Virus record (IMG/VR): IMGVR_UViG_3300043411_001204
DNA from: an uncultured virus (IMG/VR IMGVR_UViG_3300043411_001204)
Taxonomy: Duplodnaviria > Heunggongvirae > Uroviricota > Caudoviricetes
DNA: 20,000 nucleotides
Reading direction: 5' to 3' (one strand)
Shown here: piece by piece, positions 17,746 through 20,000 of the stretch
Layout: the number at the start of each line of letters is the position of its first letter
Position numbering within the stretch: position 1 is the stretch's first letter
Translations under genes and position numbers: made by a program
The notes under the pieces: generated by a model
The model's input: the letters and a program-made list of their open reading frames with translations, nothing else
Told to the model about the DNA's origin: nothing
Database searches by the model: none

Positions 17746-18662
17746 TACTTGGTCTCCAGTACTTGCTTGTAGATAGGCCCTAGTACCCTAGACACAGCGG
17801 TTCGCAGGGACTTCTCTTCAATCCCTACCAAGTCCGGAGCACACTCCTTGTGTAGGTCTGCGATGATCTCTACAAGGATAGTTGGCATGTCCTGCATCGA
17901 GTTCCTAAGTGCAACCCCTCGGTCAAGGAGTCGACCCACAGCATTGAGCACTCTACCCTCCGTAACGTAGGTTGCTGCAACCTTGTCCGCTGAAGTAAGA
18001 GTGCGCTCTTTGGCTGGAGTAGGGGCAAAGGCGACCTCGCTAAACTTCGTACCCTTGTGCTTGACGATTAGCCAATCACCAAATACGTTTCTAAGTAAGG
18101 GGTTTGATCGGATAACCACCCCCTCAGCTAGATCGGTCACCCCATTGGACAAGGCCGCATAAGAAGGTCGATTGAGAAGTGCATCGAAGGCCTCAATCGT
18201 AGGAGCACCCCTCCACACAAGAGGCACTTGAGGTAGTCCCATCTTCGTTGCGACCTCACAGAATAGGTCGTATGTTAGGAAATTGGGCCCTACCATGATG
18301 TCAAATGCGCGAAACAGCATCTCGCTGCCCAAGGTGTACTTGATCCCCTTTGCTTGGATTCCTGGACCGTATGCCTCGCCAAAGACAGTTACCTCAGAAA
18401 AGCCATAGCTTTTGATTACTTCCCACATGGCGGTTAGTAGTTCAGGCCTGGATTCAAACCACCTCTTTGCGACCCCCAAAGGGAACCGGTCTTCCGTAGA
18501 GAGTACCTCTCTTGAGCCGTAGATTATCTCGTCTATGGACTTCATTGCGAGTGGGAAGATAATGGAGAAGTTCGATCCATGGAGCTTCTCACATGCGACA
18601 ACTTCCTTGACTGCAAAAATCTCTGGACGGTACTTGATGAGTGGGATCTCAGGGTACTTCAT
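17745..18662 (-). CDS. rnl2: RNA ligase, Rnl2 family
   Basis: Nucleotidyltransferase motifs EKLHGSNF (I), FGEAYG (III), FRAFDI (IIIa), EGVVIR (IV), VKHK..KFSE (V); Rnl2-like C-domain YVTEGRVLNAV. Confidence 0.88.
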   Translation of the reverse strand: MKYPEIPLIKYRPEIFAVKEVVACEKLHGSNFSIIFPLAMKSIDEIIYGSREVLSTEDRFPLGVAKRWFESRPELLTAMWEVIKSYGFSEVTVFGEAYGPGIQAKGIKYTLGSEMLFRAFDIMVGPNFLTYDLFCEVATKMGLPQVPLVWRGAPTIEAFDALLNRPSYAALSNGVTDLAEGVVIRSNPLLRNVFGDWLIVKHKGTKFSEVAFAPTPAKERTLTSADKVAATYVTEGRVLNAVGRLLDRGVALRNSMQDMPTILVEIIADLHKECAPDLVGIEEKSLRTAVSRVLGPIYKQVLETK

Positions 18663-19839
18663 AGCTTAGACATCTTCCCCCCAGGGTGGTCGTAAGTAGC
18701 ATACCCACCGTGGACCAATCAAGGAGGTTCCTCTCCATAATGGTACTGAGGGGCATCACTTCTACGTAGGTACGTTCAGTCTCCTCCAGAACGCCAAAGG
18801 GCTTACCGCTTGCGGCAATCGCTTTCAAGGTCTGCATCTCTTCGGCACTAAGTTCCAATCCGTAGAGAGCACAGGTGTGTGCAGATAGAGTCGCTGCCAC
18901 CTGTAGCTTTCCAACGCGATACAGTCGACTAGGATCTACCTTGAAACTGGTCTCCTCCTCTATCTCATCCACAGCTACCTTGAGTGTAGCGTCCTCCGTG
19001 TTTTTGGAGGACCCTCCTGGAAGGTCATAGACAAACCCTGTCTTCGTTCGTCCTGGACTCCGGAACTCTCGGACAAGGACCACCTCTGTAGCAGTAAATC
19101 CCATGTTGGGTTCTGGATGGTGGTACATAACAACAGAGGTGAGATCGGTTCTACCGAACACGAACTCATTATTCTTTACCCGACCCTCACTTGTGATGTA
19201 GACTTCCACCTGAACTACCCAGGAGAATACGATGTCTTGCTTGGGCCCTACTCGGAATGTCCACAGCACTCTAGCTCGATTCAGCTTGTTGCCCGCATTG
19301 ACTTGAGCCGAGTACCAAGCTTGGAAGGTAGGGTGGGTCCAGACATTCAATGGAACCTGGCACTCTCCTTCTCCATTACGTTCCGAACCCGCTCCTAGCT
19401 TGTCGATGGCGACAAGAGTAGCAGTTGAAAGACTATCGAAGGAGGGTACGTTATGCTTCTGAGCGAGGTGCTTGATATACCGCATGGATTCAGCTCCATC
19501 CGGTGAACCTAAGACGACCTTACCGCTCTTCATCCAGACGCCCCACTCCACATTCGTGGTGAGTCCAGGCATCATTTTGGTCCTAGGTATCCAGAACAGA
19601 ATGACGTCCGCTCTCTCTAGAGCAGCTGTCTCCCACTCGATTTGACCAACGTAGTCCTGAAACTTACCGTCTCTGGGCTCAGGGGAGAAGACATGACCAT
19701 CGTACTTCATAAGCTCTAGTAGGCGTAGAGCTTCTGGACGCCAGCTCAGGTCTTCATCTGTACGAGGGGAAGGACCAGCGAGAAAGATGGTCTTTTTGAC
19801 CGTGGTTGGGAGTGGCTCTTGTGCGTAAATTACTTGCAT
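18649..19839 (-). CDS. Fusion of a nucleoside 2-deoxyribosyltransferase-like domain and a NUDIX hydrolase domain
   Basis: N-terminal IFLAGP, SWR, QIEWE, ADVILFWIPR, TTNVEWG. C-terminal VVLVREFRSP and DLPGGS...AVDEIEEET. Confidence 0.85.
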   Translation of the reverse strand: MQVIYAQEPLPTTVKKTIFLAGPSPRTDEDLSWRPEALRLLELMKYDGHVFSPEPRDGKFQDYVGQIEWETAALERADVILFWIPRTKMMPGLTTNVEWGVWMKSGKVVLGSPDGAESMRYIKHLAQKHNVPSFDSLSTATLVAIDKLGAGSERNGEGECQVPLNVWTHPTFQAWYSAQVNAGNKLNRARVLWTFRVGPKQDIVFSWVVQVEVYITSEGRVKNNEFVFGRTDLTSVVMYHHPEPNMGFTATEVVLVREFRSPGRTKTGFVYDLPGGSSKNTEDATLKVAVDEIEEETSFKVDPSRLYRVGKLQVAATLSAHTCALYGLELSAEEMQTLKAIAASGKPFGVLEETERTYVEVMPLSTIMERNLLDWSTVGMLLTTTLGGRCLSYEVP

Positions 19840-19840
19840 A

Positions 19841-19999
19841 TCATCCTATCTTAAAGTTAGCTACGAATTCCTCATGGTCCACGTAGTACCGCCTGTAAGT
19901 TACCGCAGTGTAGTGGTGTTTACCTAGCACGGCATTTGAAAGCGCTAGGGACGACATCAGAGGAGCTTTGGTTGCCTCGTGAAGGTCATGTCGAAGATT
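19841..19999 (-). CDS. 3' end of a gene running in from the window edge (hypothetical)
   Basis: Minus frame is open from the edge (...NLRHDLHEATKAPL...EEFVANFKIG*); its stop lies 1 nt before the next ATG. Confidence 0.6.
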   Translation of the reverse strand, partial: NLRHDLHEATKAPLMSSLALSNAVLGKHHYTAVTYRRYYVDHEEFVANFKIG

Positions 20000-20000
20000 C

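Overview
Gene-dense window with frequent strand switches that looks like part of a large (jumbo-type) bacteriophage genome. This is inferred from gene content; no capsid or terminase gene lies in the window. It carries three AAA+ ATPases (the first, 5'-truncated, has a full LAGLIDADG intein inside its Walker A loop), a zincin metallopeptidase, a RimJ/RimL-type GNAT, a 2H phosphoesterase, a free-standing GIY-YIG endonuclease, a DUF3268-like zinc-finger protein, an SLT-like lytic transglycosylase, a GH73-like/PG-binding endolysin, an operon of NDT-like/NUDIX fusion, Rnl2 RNA ligase and dNMP kinase, and many hypotheticals. The most striking unexplained signals cut across genes. First, an exact TTAT-N12-GT-ATG element precedes four scattered genes (candidate phage late promoter). 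Second, a short peptide motif SR[FY]DR recurs in unrelated proteins with different codons, twice at the extreme C-terminus. Third, an N-terminal RVxxR[FY]AA leader is shared by two unrelated putative enzymes. Together with the AAA+ cluster, these suggest a possible phage protein-tagging/sorting system, which remains a hypothesis. All family calls come from motif recognition, not database searches.
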